From a virus (lineage: Duplodnaviria; Heunggongvirae; Uroviricota; Caudoviricetes), in the IMG/VR virus record IMGVR_UViG_3300023082_000008, positions 1 to 64,000 of that record: a stretch of DNA of 64,000 nt. One strand, given 5' to 3'. The notes under the pieces were generated by a model. That model was not told the origin of the DNA and did not search any database. It worked only from the letters and a program-made list of their open reading frames with translations. The position numbers and the translations under genes are program-made. This document shows, in pieces, positions 25,796-34,160 of the stretch; the stretch's first letter is position 1; each line of letters begins with the position of its first letter.

Positions 25796-26056
25796 ATGTC
25801 GAACTGGACTCAGAAGCCTCATAACATCACCAACAAGGCGCACGTCCTTGACTACGTTACCAAGGCTGGTGCCAAGGGCGTGACCGTTGTTGAGGTTCGC
25901 CGCGATACCGGTTTCCATCACGGGCAGGCCTCTGGCTCGCTCTCAATGCTTGACCTTGACGACAAGGTTTCTCGCTTGTATGAGAAGCGTGACGGTTACT
26001 CGATTTACGTTGTCGCTGGCTCCGAGGCTGGTCGCACGGTTATTGCGCGCTCATGA
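25796..26056 (+). CDS. hypothetical protein (possible winged-helix DNA-binding)
   Basis: ATG at 25796 with an AAAGGAC ribosome-binding site. 86 aa. Confidence 0.5.
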   Translation: MSNWTQKPHNITNKAHVLDYVTKAGAKGVTVVEVRRDTGFHHGQASGSLSMLDLDDKVSRLYEKRDGYSIYVVAGSEAGRTVIARS

Positions 26057-26316
26057 AGTACCTCAAGCCGGTACATTTCATTGTAGGGTTTTTGCGGGCC
26101 TTTATTCTTCCTTACAACTATCGCTCTTTGTTCATGGGAAAAATCAAGGTCGCGGTGTACCTGCACGGTGGTACGATTTTGTATATCAAGTGTTCAAAGT
26201 ACACTATTACCCTTGGTGATGAAACCGCTAAGTACAATTTCTCTGACTTTCAAGAACAGTTCAAGATCAAGCCTACGCACATCGAGGCCATTCGTGTAGT
26301 TGACTGGTTCCGGTAG
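26053..26316 (+). CDS. hypothetical protein
   Basis: 87-aa ORF with ATGA overlap. Confidence 0.5.
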   Translation: MKYLKPVHFIVGFLRAFILPYNYRSLFMGKIKVAVYLHGGTILYIKCSKYTITLGDETAKYNFSDFQEQFKIKPTHIEAIRVVDWFR

Positions 26317-26345
26317 TTGACAGACTAATTTCAGTCTGATACACT
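26317..26345 (+). promoter_or_regulatory. promoter TTGACA-17-TACACT
   Basis: TTGACA 26317-26322, TACACT 26340-26345. Drives a tRNA cluster. Confidence 0.5.
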
Positions 26346-26428
26346 TGAGAGAACAAATACAGGGGACTAGTAATCTAACAGATCACTGGCTGGTTAAAGG
26401 CAGCCGTTACTAGGAACCGGATATTTAT

Positions 26429-26501
26429 GGGTTATTAGCACAGTGGTTACTGCATTCGGTTCTTACCCGAAGGAACCTCGGTTCGAATCCGAGATAACCC
26501 A
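26429..26501 (+). tRNA. tRNA-Lys (anticodon CTT), second copy
   Basis: Acceptor GGGTTAT pairs with ATAACCC. Anticodon arm TTCGG-TTCTTAC-CCGAA. T arm CTCGG-TTCGAAT-CCGAG. Confidence 0.75.
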
Positions 26502-26623
26502 CAAAGACAGAAGTCGACGTCTGTCTAGTAAGTGGCACGACGGTGCTGGTTCTTCGGAACTATTGAATATGCTGGACAACACATAGAAACCGAGTATTCA
26601 TCCTTACGTGAAAATTGCAGTTT

Positions 26624-26695
26624 GTTACATTCGACGAATTGGTTAAGTCACATGAGTAATATCTAGAGATGCAGGTTCGAGTCCTGCATGTGACG
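26624..26695 (+). pseudogene. tRNA-shaped gene with perfect acceptor, D and T arms but no foldable anticodon arm (pseudo-tRNA or atypical)
   Basis: Acceptor GTTACAT pairs with ATGTGAC 7 of 7. T arm GCAGG-TTCGAGT-CCTGC. The anticodon region CATGAGTAATATCTAGAGAT does not fold. Confidence 0.4.
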
Positions 26696-26709
26696 GCTGC
26701 AACAATCAT

Positions 26710-26782
26710 GTCCCATTAGAGTAGCGGTTATCTCGTTTGATTCTCAGTCAAAAGATCGTCGGTTCGAATCCGACATGGGATG
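26710..26782 (+). tRNA. tRNA-Glu (anticodon CTC)
   Basis: Acceptor GTCCCAT pairs with ATGGGAT. Anticodon arm TTTGA-TTCTCAG-TCAAA. T arm GTCGG-TTCGAAT-CCGAC. Same scaffold as tRNA-Glu(TTC). Confidence 0.8.
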
Positions 26783-26813
26783 CATTTTACCATCTACAGA
26801 AAGAACCGTCATT

Positions 26814-27029
26814 ATGGAAAATGTTCGTCACGCCTCTGGTGAAAACACCGAGGTTTATTGCATTGAGGTTCCTACAGAGAATCCCGACTATGCCGCCGTG
26901 CTTTTCGAGAAGTTGGCCAAGTTGGTTGCCAAGAGCCACCCTGAGGGTCGATATGTTTCCGCTCTCAATGGTCCCTACTTCGTTGACTATGACTCGCACT
27001 ACGTCATTGACGTACACTTCTCTGTCTGA
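26814..27029 (+). CDS. hypothetical protein
   Basis: ATG at 26814 after an AGAAAGAACC ribosome-binding site, immediately downstream of tRNA-Glu. Confidence 0.5.
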   Translation: MENVRHASGENTEVYCIEVPTENPDYAAVLFEKLAKLVAKSHPEGRYVSALNGPYFVDYDSHYVIDVHFSV

Positions 27030-27067
27030 TAGACTCTGTCTACACCCTCTAAAGAAAGAGTTCTACT

Positions 27068-27478
27068 ATGAGTGATATCTTCGGTTCCCCTCGTCCACGA
27101 CCTCCCCGTCCCGGCTACCGTTACCGTCGTAGCAGTGATCATGGGTTCCTTATCCTGCTCGTGGTGCTTGCTATCTTCGCTGCAATTGTCGTTGGTTTTG
27201 TAGTCAAGGCGTATTACGGCGAGGACCAGCACACGGCCTGTGTTGTCTCTGATAAGGATCGTGTATCCAAGAGCGAGGGCGGTAGCGAGATGCGAGTCTA
27301 CACTGACAACTGCGGAACCTTCGTAGTATCAGATGGAGTCATCAAGACAGACTTCAATTCGGCTGATCGGTATGCTAAGATTAAGGTTGGAAAGACCTAC
27401 GACATTACTTCATATGGTTTTCGCTTCGGTTTGACAAGTTCTTTCCCCAAGATCATTGACGCCACCGAAGTCAAGTGA
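27068..27478 (+). CDS. membrane-anchored hypothetical protein
   Basis: Basic N-terminus followed by TM helix FLILLVVLAIFAAIVVGFVV. 136 aa. Confidence 0.55.
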   Translation: MSDIFGSPRPRPPRPGYRYRRSSDHGFLILLVVLAIFAAIVVGFVVKAYYGEDQHTACVVSDKDRVSKSEGGSEMRVYTDNCGTFVVSDGVIKTDFNSADRYAKIKVGKTYDITSYGFRFGLTSSFPKIIDATEVK

Positions 27479-27534
27479 TAGACTCCTACTCGTAGCAGCA
27501 ATACTTTCCCGTCCGTTAAACAGTTAGGAAATAC

Positions 27535-28437
27535 ATGTTTTCAATTTTTGTCATGGCAGCCTTCATTGCCATTGCGGCTTTTCTCCTCATCAAGGGTCGT
27601 ATCACTTGGACCAAGCAATCTGGCTACAGCGATGTAAGTGAACACTCACATTCACTCCGACCATACGCTGCTATTCCAATTGTTCTTCTGCTGCTCGTTG
27701 CTTTCTTCTCGTTTACAACGCGCGTTGAGGCCAAGCAGGTTGGTGTTCTTAGCACATTTGGCAAGCCTTCTGACAAGACATACGGTTCCGGTCTGGCATT
27801 CCACATGCCTTGGCAGGAGATGACCCAGATCGACGCCACAACTCAGACCAATGAGTATCACGGTGGCAACGCTCTCAAGGTCATTCTGGCTGACAAGAAC
27901 ACGGCTGACATTTCAGTTACTATCCGATGGGCTGTCAACCCGAAGAACGCGAACGACGTGTATGCTGACTTCCGTTCGAATGATCCCACCGAATCGTTGC
28001 GCAAGGCTGTTGTTTCAACACAGTTGAAGGCTGCACTGAACACGGTATTCAATGGTTACGACGCCACGGCTGAAAAGCCCGCAACGCCTGATGACCTTTC
28101 CAAGCAGGTTGAGAGCATCCTCAAGACCCGCACGGACGAACTGGTCAACATCAAGTCGATTACGATTTCTTACATCAAGCCTGACGCGACCGTTCAGAAG
28201 AAGATTGATCAGTTGCAGAGCCAAAAGGCCCAGACCAAGGTGGCAGCCGAGAAGGTTCTTACCGCTGATCAGGAAGCACAGGCCAACCGTAAGTTGTCCG
28301 AATCAGTTAGCAATGATCCGAACGTGCTTGTTTCCAAGTGCCTCGACCTCATTGCCGATGGTGACCTTAACCCTCCCGCTGGTTTCTCTTGCTGGCCGGG
28401 ACAGGGCGGTAGCGTAGTAATTCCCTCAACTAAGTAG
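27535..28437 (+). CDS. SPFH/band-7 (prohibitin/HflK-like) membrane protein
   Basis: Two N-terminal TM segments then an SPFH-like core (VEAKQVGVLSTFGKPSDKTYGSGLAFHMPW...) and a coiled-coil tail. Confidence 0.6.
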   Translation: MFSIFVMAAFIAIAAFLLIKGRITWTKQSGYSDVSEHSHSLRPYAAIPIVLLLLVAFFSFTTRVEAKQVGVLSTFGKPSDKTYGSGLAFHMPWQEMTQIDATTQTNEYHGGNALKVILADKNTADISVTIRWAVNPKNANDVYADFRSNDPTESLRKAVVSTQLKAALNTVFNGYDATAEKPATPDDLSKQVESILKTRTDELVNIKSITISYIKPDATVQKKIDQLQSQKAQTKVAAEKVLTADQEAQANRKLSESVSNDPNVLVSKCLDLIADGDLNPPAGFSCWPGQGGSVVIPSTK

Positions 28438-28467
28438 TTGACAGCACTCGAAAGAGTGTGATAGACT
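28438..28467 (+). promoter_or_regulatory. promoter TTGACA-18-TAGACT (spacer contains the hairpin CACTCGAAAGAGTG)
   Basis: TTGACA 28438-28443, TAGACT 28462-28467. Drives the Tyr/Ser tRNA cluster. Confidence 0.5.
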
Positions 28468-28515
28468 ACTAGAAGTTGATTGGTGGGAGTCACCAAGTAA
28501 AACTAAAACTCACTT

Positions 28516-28586
28516 GGCGTACAGCGTAGGCTGTGTCGGCGTGGCTGTAAACCACCTCCGTTCCGGTTCGAATCCGGGGTACGCCA
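28516..28586 (+). tRNA. tRNA with GTA anticodon loop (Tyr-like) but class I length, weak D arm; possible pseudogene
   Basis: Acceptor GGCGTAC pairs with GTACGCC 7 of 7. Anticodon arm GTGG-CTGTAAA-CCAC. T arm TCCGG-TTCGAAT-CCGGG. Confidence 0.5.
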
Positions 28587-28597
28587 CAGAGCAGTTA

Positions 28598-28620
28598 CAA
28601 GGTGCAACCTTGATTTTTTG
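28598..28620 (+). terminator. rho-independent terminator inside the tRNA cluster
   Basis: CAAGGT-GCA-ACCTTG hairpin followed by ATTTTTTG. Confidence 0.55.
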
Positions 28621-28691
28621 GAGTCGCGTCTAGAAATTAGCGGGGCTGGGTCTCAGTACCCAGTTACACGTGCAACTGCCGACAAATTCAT

Positions 28692-28774
28692 GCATCATTA
28701 TTCCGTAGGGGTAGCGGGACTGGCTGTAAACCAGTTGTCATTAGACTCGGGTGGTTCGACTCCATCATGGTGTA
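28692..28774 (+). tRNA. tRNA-Tyr (anticodon GTA), class II
   Basis: Acceptor GCATCAT pairs with ATGGTGT. Anticodon arm ACTGG-CTGTAAA-CCAGT. Variable-arm hairpin GTC-ATTA-GAC. T arm GGTGG-TTCGACT-CCATC. Confidence 0.75.
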
Positions 28775-28881
28775 CAAACGGTGTCCCCTCGCACAGAGGG
28801 AAATCACAGTGAGGTAATAGCCCGTATGAGTCCTCACAACCTTACCCAGCAATGATTCTGTGCGGATCAGGTAAGGACATT

Positions 28882-28972
28882 GGAGAGTTATCCGGACAGG
28901 CGACGCCGGTGCTGCCTTGAAAACAGTTAGGTCCGTTAGTAGCGGGCTGGGGTTCAAATCCTCAACTCTCCG
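28882..28972 (+). tRNA. tRNA-Ser (anticodon TGA), class II; CCA encoded at 28973-28975
   Basis: Acceptor GGAGAGT pairs with ACTCTCC. Anticodon loop CTTGAAA. Long variable arm GTCCG...CGGGC. T arm TGGGG-TTCAAAT-CCTCA. Then G and CCA. Confidence 0.7.
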
Positions 28973-28981
28973 CCACACTGA

Positions 28982-29042
28982 CTGATCCCGAACGTACGGT
29001 ACGCAAATGTAAGAATCGACGTATCCCGGTTACACGGTCAGC
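28982..29042 (+). repeat. about 61-bp dispersed repeat, copy 2 (partner at 8170-8230)
   Basis: CTGATCCCGAACGTACGGTACGCAAATGTAAGAATCGACGTATCCCGGTTACACGGTCAGC. Confidence 0.6.
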
Positions 29043-29085
29043 GGTGTTTATACATTAGTAAGAACCGTCAATAGAAAGTAATCCT

Positions 29086-29949
29086 TTGAATATTATTGCA
29101 ATGGATCAAGAGAGAAAGGGTCTTGACGTTATCGTCAATGGCGCTGATCCTATCTATGTAACTGATCCGCATTCTTTGATCCTACCGTCCGGTGGCGGGG
29201 TCATTGTTGCTGATGGAAATGTTTGGGGACTACCCAACGGACTTTCTGTTTCCCAGTTTGTCTGGACTGACAAAGAGGACCGCAACGATTTCATAGAGTC
29301 GGCGGTAGCACAGGGCTACGCTTGCAGATCAGTCAATACCAAGTATGCTGAGGGTCTGTACAAGATTCGTAAAATGGAACCAGAAGATGCTGTTATTGCC
29401 TTGTATGATAAGGTCAAGGCCAGTTATGATGAAAAGGGTCGTTACGATTCCGCTAAGGCGGTACGTGACTCTCGCGGAGATATCTCTTTTGGTCAGCAGC
29501 AGATCGTTGTTGGTGATTTTCTAAGAATTCAAAATCTTGATAACTATGATTCTGACTTCATGCGCAATGGCATTCAGATTGCATGGGATGCTCTGGACAA
29601 GCCCGGAAGAGAGATGTTTGGTATGACCAAGACGCTTCCCAAGATGGGCGCTAATAAAACCCCCAATCGAATCGCCGCAGTACTGGCTTGCACACACGAT
29701 CCTGCCACTGGCGAGCGCAGGGAATTCAATGGTCTGCCATGGGGCAAGCAGTTTATTATCAGGCGCGTGATCGGCCTTTCTGGCATGATGAGAGGTACTG
29801 GGCCAACCGCACCGGGCAACCCAATGCGCGCGGTACTCAGAATCCTTGGCCGTAGAAGCACCAATAGCATTAATGTAGAAGAGAGAAAGCAGATGGACAA
29901 ATACGTTGCCCAACTGATTGACGCTTTTCAACAGCATCCAACAATTTAG
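29086..29949 (+). CDS. hypothetical protein
   Basis: 287-aa ORF. Confidence 0.6.
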   Translation: MNIIAMDQERKGLDVIVNGADPIYVTDPHSLILPSGGGVIVADGNVWGLPNGLSVSQFVWTDKEDRNDFIESAVAQGYACRSVNTKYAEGLYKIRKMEPEDAVIALYDKVKASYDEKGRYDSAKAVRDSRGDISFGQQQIVVGDFLRIQNLDNYDSDFMRNGIQIAWDALDKPGREMFGMTKTLPKMGANKTPNRIAAVLACTHDPATGERREFNGLPWGKQFIIRRVIGLSGMMRGTGPTAPGNPMRAVLRILGRRSTNSINVEERKQMDKYVAQLIDAFQQHPTI

Positions 29950-30139
29950 ACTTGTGAGGGTCGAGACTAACCCCGTTGGTATGGTTGGCATGCAGAAATG
30001 TTATGACCAACCCCGGAGACATGGCCAGCAGGCCCTCACAAACCATTTTACCGACCAACCCCGACGACATGGCTGGCACATAGAAATATGGTGATCAACC
30101 CCGGACGTATGGCTGGCGGTAATTCAATTTAGGAGAATA

Positions 30140-30325
30140 ATGAGCACGTGGAATGATAGAATTACTACCGCCCAGTGCTACTGTGGTTCTCGTCATTTCA
30201 CCATCTGGATTTCTTTCGATGAGGATGGTACACTAGCAACACATAGTCTAGATATGAACTGTCTAGAATGTGGGGCTAAATTCAATATTCCAACAGCACT
30301 TGACCCTGCTGCTGATTTACGCTAG
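30140..30325 (+). CDS. small zinc-ribbon-like hypothetical protein
   Basis: 61-aa ORF containing CYCGSRH and CLECGAKF. Confidence 0.45.
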   Translation: MSTWNDRITTAQCYCGSRHFTIWISFDEDGTLATHSLDMNCLECGAKFNIPTALDPAADLR

Positions 30326-30334
30326 GATGGTTTC

Positions 30335-30703
30335 ATGAGCAAATGGGATGAATACGGAACAAAAGACCCCGACGCGCCATGGAATCGTGAGTACCCTCGT
30401 GCTTTCAACCGACGCAAAAAGACCAACAAATGGTGTAAGGGCAAGGTTGGAGTGAAGCACGAGTACGCTCTCAAGGATCGCTGGGATTGTTTCTGGGAAG
30501 TAAAAACCAACACATATGTTGGACGATACCCCAACTGGAAGCGCGGCATCCGTGCAATTTGGCGCTGCGGTTGTCAGTTGCGTTGCGTAGGATGCAATAA
30601 GCACAGTTGGACTTCATCTTTTTATGGAGATTGTTTGCACCTTGATGATAAGGTTCGAACCCGTCCAAAGGCTGATGAGTACGAAATGTATCACTGGCGC
30701 TGA
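30335..30703 (+). CDS. Cys-rich hypothetical protein
   Basis: 122-aa ORF with several Cys, including CKGKVG and CGCQLRCVGC. Confidence 0.5.
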   Translation: MSKWDEYGTKDPDAPWNREYPRAFNRRKKTNKWCKGKVGVKHEYALKDRWDCFWEVKTNTYVGRYPNWKRGIRAIWRCGCQLRCVGCNKHSWTSSFYGDCLHLDDKVRTRPKADEYEMYHWR

Positions 30704-30704
30704 C

Positions 30705-30733
30705 TTGACGGGCCGGTAGCAAGATGCTACACT
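30705..30733 (+). promoter_or_regulatory. promoter TTGACG-17-TACACT
   Basis: TTGACG 30705-30710, TACACT 30728-30733. Confidence 0.5.
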
Positions 30734-30760
30734 TGTTACGCACAGCAAGGAAGTGATTGA

Positions 30761-30820
30761 ATGTATATCGGACTAGGCACTCTTGTGGTAGTAGTTGTAC
30801 TGCTCATCATCTTTCTATAA
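30761..30820 (+). CDS. tiny hydrophobic peptide (19 aa)
   Basis: MYIGLGTLVVVVVLLIIFL with a strong AAGGAAG ribosome-binding site 7 nt upstream. Confidence 0.35.
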   Translation: MYIGLGTLVVVVVLLIIFL

Positions 30821-31085
30821 CTAAATATTTTGATCAATACGGACTATCGCGCACACGAGTAACACAACATGTCGTGTGGGAGGAACCTCCGGACTGCTAC
30901 GACAGAGCCGTGTAGTTTTGCTTTGACAAGCGCTACTAAGCCCAATTTAAAAAACAGGGTGCAGGCATATGGCAGCAATCTCAAGCAGTATGAGCGACTG
31001 TCGTCGTGATGAAATACGGGTAGAGAGCAAAGGTGGATGATAGTCTTAAATGACAGAATCCGGGGTATGTGATTGGTCAATTCAT

Positions 31086-31168
31086 GCTAGCGTGGTGGAA
31101 TGGTATGCACAGTCGTCTCAAAAGCGACCGGTCGAAAGATCATGCGGGTTCGACTCCCGTCGCTAGTA
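31086..31168 (+). tRNA. tRNA-Leu (anticodon CAA), class II
   Basis: Acceptor GCTAGCG pairs with CGCTAGT. Anticodon arm GTCGT-CTCAAAA-GCGAC. Variable-arm hairpin. T arm GCGGG-TTCGACT-CCCGT. Confidence 0.75.
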
Positions 31169-31590
31169 CAAACTGTAAAAGAACTGCCAGCACAGGCCCG
31201 GTAATGCGCCGGTATACAGTGAAAACGTGTTACAGGTTATAGGGCTTACGCGTCCGGTACCGTGCCTCTTGGCCTTGGCTATGTAACTACTGGAAACCGC
31301 AACAGGATAAGGGAGTAACGGCCCAAGCGGACAAGGAAAGTCAGCCCGGTGGGCTCCGGGAACATCTTGCTAAGATGATTGGTCCTGAAAGGGACTGGGG
31401 ATCGTGCCCTCGGCTTTCCGCTGAAATTGCTACTACCCCCGGCACTTCGGTGCGTCTGTCATAATAATGTAGTTTAAACAGGGGCCATGGTTGACTCCCT
31501 TGGGCAATTTCAACATCTTGGGGATGGTCGCAACAGCGCATCTTAAATGAGGGTTTTGTCCCCGCCCAAGTCCAATGAAATGGAGGCGTC

Positions 31591-31797
31591 ATGAGACAGG
31601 AACCGGCCCCGTGTCCGTTCATTGAGGCATGGAAAGGCGTCTGCGGAAAGCCTACCAGACTAGGATATTGCCCTGAGCACCTAGGCATCTCTTGTTTTCG
31701 TTGTGACATACAAGCCAATAGAAATTGCGCACACACCGGCTATGGTGTGTGCTTAACCCCAATGTGTGACGACCATCGCCACCATTCAGATGGATAG
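31591..31797 (+). CDS. Cys/His-rich small protein
   Basis: 68-aa ORF with at least 8 Cys. Confidence 0.45.
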   Translation: MRQEPAPCPFIEAWKGVCGKPTRLGYCPEHLGISCFRCDIQANRNCAHTGYGVCLTPMCDDHRHHSDG

Positions 31798-31803
31798 GAT
31801 AGT

Positions 31804-32073
31804 ATGAAGTATATTAAGACGAACGTACCCGAGCCTGCACCGGTACCGCCTCTAACGCACACGATTGAAATCACTCAAGAAGAACTTGATTTTATCGTGT
31901 CAGCGTCGCACGCTTTTGGCAAACAGGGTTTTAATCTAATTGGTGCTGGCGATTTTTTCAATGGACAAGAGCACGAAGTAATAAGCGAGTATAAAGAAGT
32001 AGCGTTTCGTTTGGCAGATGAATTGTTAACTGTCCGTACCCATAGCCCTGTTTTCAGAAAGATCGGTAAATAA
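31804..32073 (+). CDS. hypothetical protein
   Basis: 89-aa ORF. Confidence 0.5.
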   Translation: MKYIKTNVPEPAPVPPLTHTIEITQEELDFIVSASHAFGKQGFNLIGAGDFFNGQEHEVISEYKEVAFRLADELLTVRTHSPVFRKIGK

Positions 32074-32289
32074 ATGCTAGACGAAAAGCGTGAGTACGTC
32101 TTGTACTCTTCGTACACAGGTGATACACTAGGCAAGTTCGACAGCCGCAAGGAAGCCAATGTCGAGCGTAACATTTCAGAGCGTGACGGAGACTATTCCA
32201 CACGTATTCGTACTATCGTCACACAGGTAGAAAGATTTCCTGTGAAGCCGGTATCGACAGAAAGTAATCACAATGAGCCTTCTTCGTAA
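32074..32289 (+). CDS. hypothetical protein
   Basis: 71-aa ORF. Confidence 0.45.
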   Translation: MLDEKREYVLYSSYTGDTLGKFDSRKEANVERNISERDGDYSTRIRTIVTQVERFPVKPVSTESNHNEPSS

Positions 32290-33256
32290 TAAGTCCGACG
32301 AGGTCGTCAAGAAGGGCGTCCTTGATCGTGGAGAGTTTAACCCTCCTGCCGATTCGTTCCATCTCAAGATGTATAAGTACTGGGAGCGGAATACCGGCGC
32401 TAGGATTCCCAAGACAGAGAACTTTTGCCATTACTGGCGCGTTGTTGCGCTGTGGAGTCCTCTTACTTTCATTCGTGAGAAGTTCCTCGATGCAATTGTT
32501 GTCAGCACTACGTGGCTGATTCTGACAGCCCTGTATGTTCTTGGTGCTATTGCGCTGGGCGTGTTCTCATCGTTCTGGTTCCCGGTTATTATGCTGGGTG
32601 TCCCTTACATTCTCGCTGGTATTGTTTCAGGCGGTGTCTCCTATACAACAGGAGAAGGATTCGGAAATCTTGATGAAGATGATACGGTGGACAAGCGTGC
32701 ATTCAAGTTAGCCACATTTATTACCGCTCCCATTAGCCTAGCACTGTACGGTATTCTCAACTTCTTCGAATTTGTTGGGGACAAGGCTGACGATATGTCT
32801 AATAAGACCAAGAAGCGTCTTGACGATGTTTTCAAAATTTTTATTGGCCTAATTATTGTAGGTTTAATTTCTATTCTTGCAATTGCTGGTGTTTCTGATT
32901 TTGGATGGATTTTCTTCGCTTACGCAGCCGGTGCTATTGTTGCCCTTCTAGCATTCGTTGTTGGTGCGTCATTCCTGATTGCCAAGATCGAGGCTATTGG
33001 CAACGCAAAGCGTGAGGCCAAGAGAGAGCGCCGCGAGAAGTACATTAATGGTGAAATTACTGCCGAGGAGTACTTTGGAAATTCGTGGGAGCCGGGTAAG
33101 ATTTACAATTTCTTCGACCGATTCCTATTTACGCCCGCTGCTAAGGTTCTGACGCCTGTGGGAGACTTCCTTGTGCTGGCATGGAACGTGGTGCGAGTCA
33201 AGAAGTGGAAGATTTGCCCCATTGTGAACATTCCTGCGGAGCGCGTTTCCGAGTAG
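32273..33256 (+). CDS. polytopic membrane protein
   Basis: 327-aa ORF with at least 6 hydrophobic helices and a KREAKRERREK charged segment. Confidence 0.6.
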   Translation: MSLLRNKSDEVVKKGVLDRGEFNPPADSFHLKMYKYWERNTGARIPKTENFCHYWRVVALWSPLTFIREKFLDAIVVSTTWLILTALYVLGAIALGVFSSFWFPVIMLGVPYILAGIVSGGVSYTTGEGFGNLDEDDTVDKRAFKLATFITAPISLALYGILNFFEFVGDKADDMSNKTKKRLDDVFKIFIGLIIVGLISILAIAGVSDFGWIFFAYAAGAIVALLAFVVGASFLIAKIEAIGNAKREAKRERREKYINGEITAEEYFGNSWEPGKIYNFFDRFLFTPAAKVLTPVGDFLVLAWNVVRVKKWKICPIVNIPAERVSE

Positions 33257-33292
33257 AGTGCGGTAGGAACGGTACAGACTTATACTTAATGC

Positions 33293-33541
33293 ATGAGAAT
33301 GTACCGTTCCTACCAGACCTTTATCACATGGTATAGACACCCTGCTCAGCAGCGTGTACTATACAAGTACCGCAAATGGTTCTGGGTGTTACTATTGGCA
33401 GCATCCATTCCAACAGGGTGGATTCTTTCAACAGCGTTCATCTCGGCGTTGTCTATTATCGCTTTGTTCATTGGTGACAGCAGCGCTGAAATGGCAGCAG
33501 AAGGAACACTTGAGCAGAAAAAGTTGACAGAGTCAGACTGA
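33293..33541 (+). CDS. small membrane protein
   Basis: 82-aa ORF with two TM helices. Confidence 0.5.
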   Translation: MRMYRSYQTFITWYRHPAQQRVLYKYRKWFWVLLLAASIPTGWILSTAFISALSIIALFIGDSSAEMAAEGTLEQKKLTESD

Positions 33542-33612
33542 GCATGTTAGACTTGACGTAGTCAATGACAGCCGCCAATTGTAAGGGGCGGGGTAAAAAT
33601 ACCAAACACCAT

Positions 33613-33685
33613 GGTTGCGTATTCCAACGGCAGAGAAACACGGCTTAGACCCGTGACAGTGTGGGTTCGAATCCCACCGCAACTA
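33613..33685 (+). tRNA. tRNA with anticodon TAG (Leu-type) but class I length
   Basis: Acceptor GGTTGCG pairs with CGCAACT. Anticodon arm CACGG-CTTAGAC-CCGTG. T arm GTGGG-TTCGAAT-CCCAC. A canonical class II tRNA-Leu(TAG) follows at 33958. Confidence 0.55.
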
Positions 33686-33690
33686 CAATG

Positions 33691-33954
33691 TACGATGCCA
33701 AGAAAGCAGATAAGATTCGTGCTGACGAGAAACGTCAGGCATTGAGGGCATATCTTCTAGAAAAGGGTTGTACAGATTGTGGCTATAATGTCCATTATGC
33801 TGCTTTAGAATTCGATCACCTACCCGAGTTTGAAAAGTTGCAGAACGTTATGGCTTTGTGTTACGCTTCATGGGAAAGAATCTGGGCCGAAGTTGCCAAG
33901 TGCGAAGTTGTTTGTAGCAACTGTCACAGTATTCGGACTCATGAGCGCAAGTAA
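33691..33954 (+). CDS. HNH endonuclease
   Basis: CTDCGYNVHYAALEFDHLPEF...CSNCH is the HNH motif with flanking Cys pairs. Start placed at the ATG directly after the tRNA. Confidence 0.65.
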   Translation, partial: YDAKKADKIRADEKRQALRAYLLEKGCTDCGYNVHYAALEFDHLPEFEKLQNVMALCYASWERIWAEVAKCEVVCSNCHSIRTHERK

Positions 33955-33957
33955 TAT

Positions 33958-34042
33958 GGGGATATGGTGGAATTGGTAGTCACGTGGGCTTTAGGTGCCC
34001 ATGCGTTAGTAGCGCGTGCAGGTTCGAGTCCTGTTATCCTCA
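33958..34042 (+). tRNA. tRNA-Leu (anticodon TAG), class II
   Basis: Acceptor GGGGATA pairs with TATCCTC. Anticodon arm TGGGC-TTTAGGT-GCCCA. Long variable arm. T arm GCAGG-TTCGAGT-CCTGT. Confidence 0.75.
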
Positions 34043-34044
34043 CT

Positions 34045-34123
34045 TAGCGAGTGGTGGAAAGGTATACACTCCCTTGATCAGGGAACCGAAAGGTGTTTGT
34101 AGGTTCGAATCCTACCTCGCTGA
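34045..34123 (+). tRNA. tRNA with 14-nt variable hairpin and apparent GAT anticodon (identity uncertain)
   Basis: Acceptor TAGCGAG pairs with CTCGCTG. D stem GTG/CAC. Anticodon arm TCCC-TTGATCA-GGGA. Variable arm ACC-GAAA-GGT. T arm GTAGG-TTCGAAT-CCTAC. Confidence 0.5.
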
Positions 34124-34160
34124 TTTTTATAGCAAGAACCGTCAATAGATTGGAAATAAT

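Noticed and set aside
31169-31590. RNase P RNA
   Set aside because: A P4-like GGAAAGTC...GGGCTCC string exists but with an insertion. Other conserved regions are absent or in the wrong order.
31341-31736. - strand ORF of 131 aa
   Set aside because: Overlaps the + strand Cys-rich gene at 31591-31797 and extends into non-coding sequence. Low-complexity translation.
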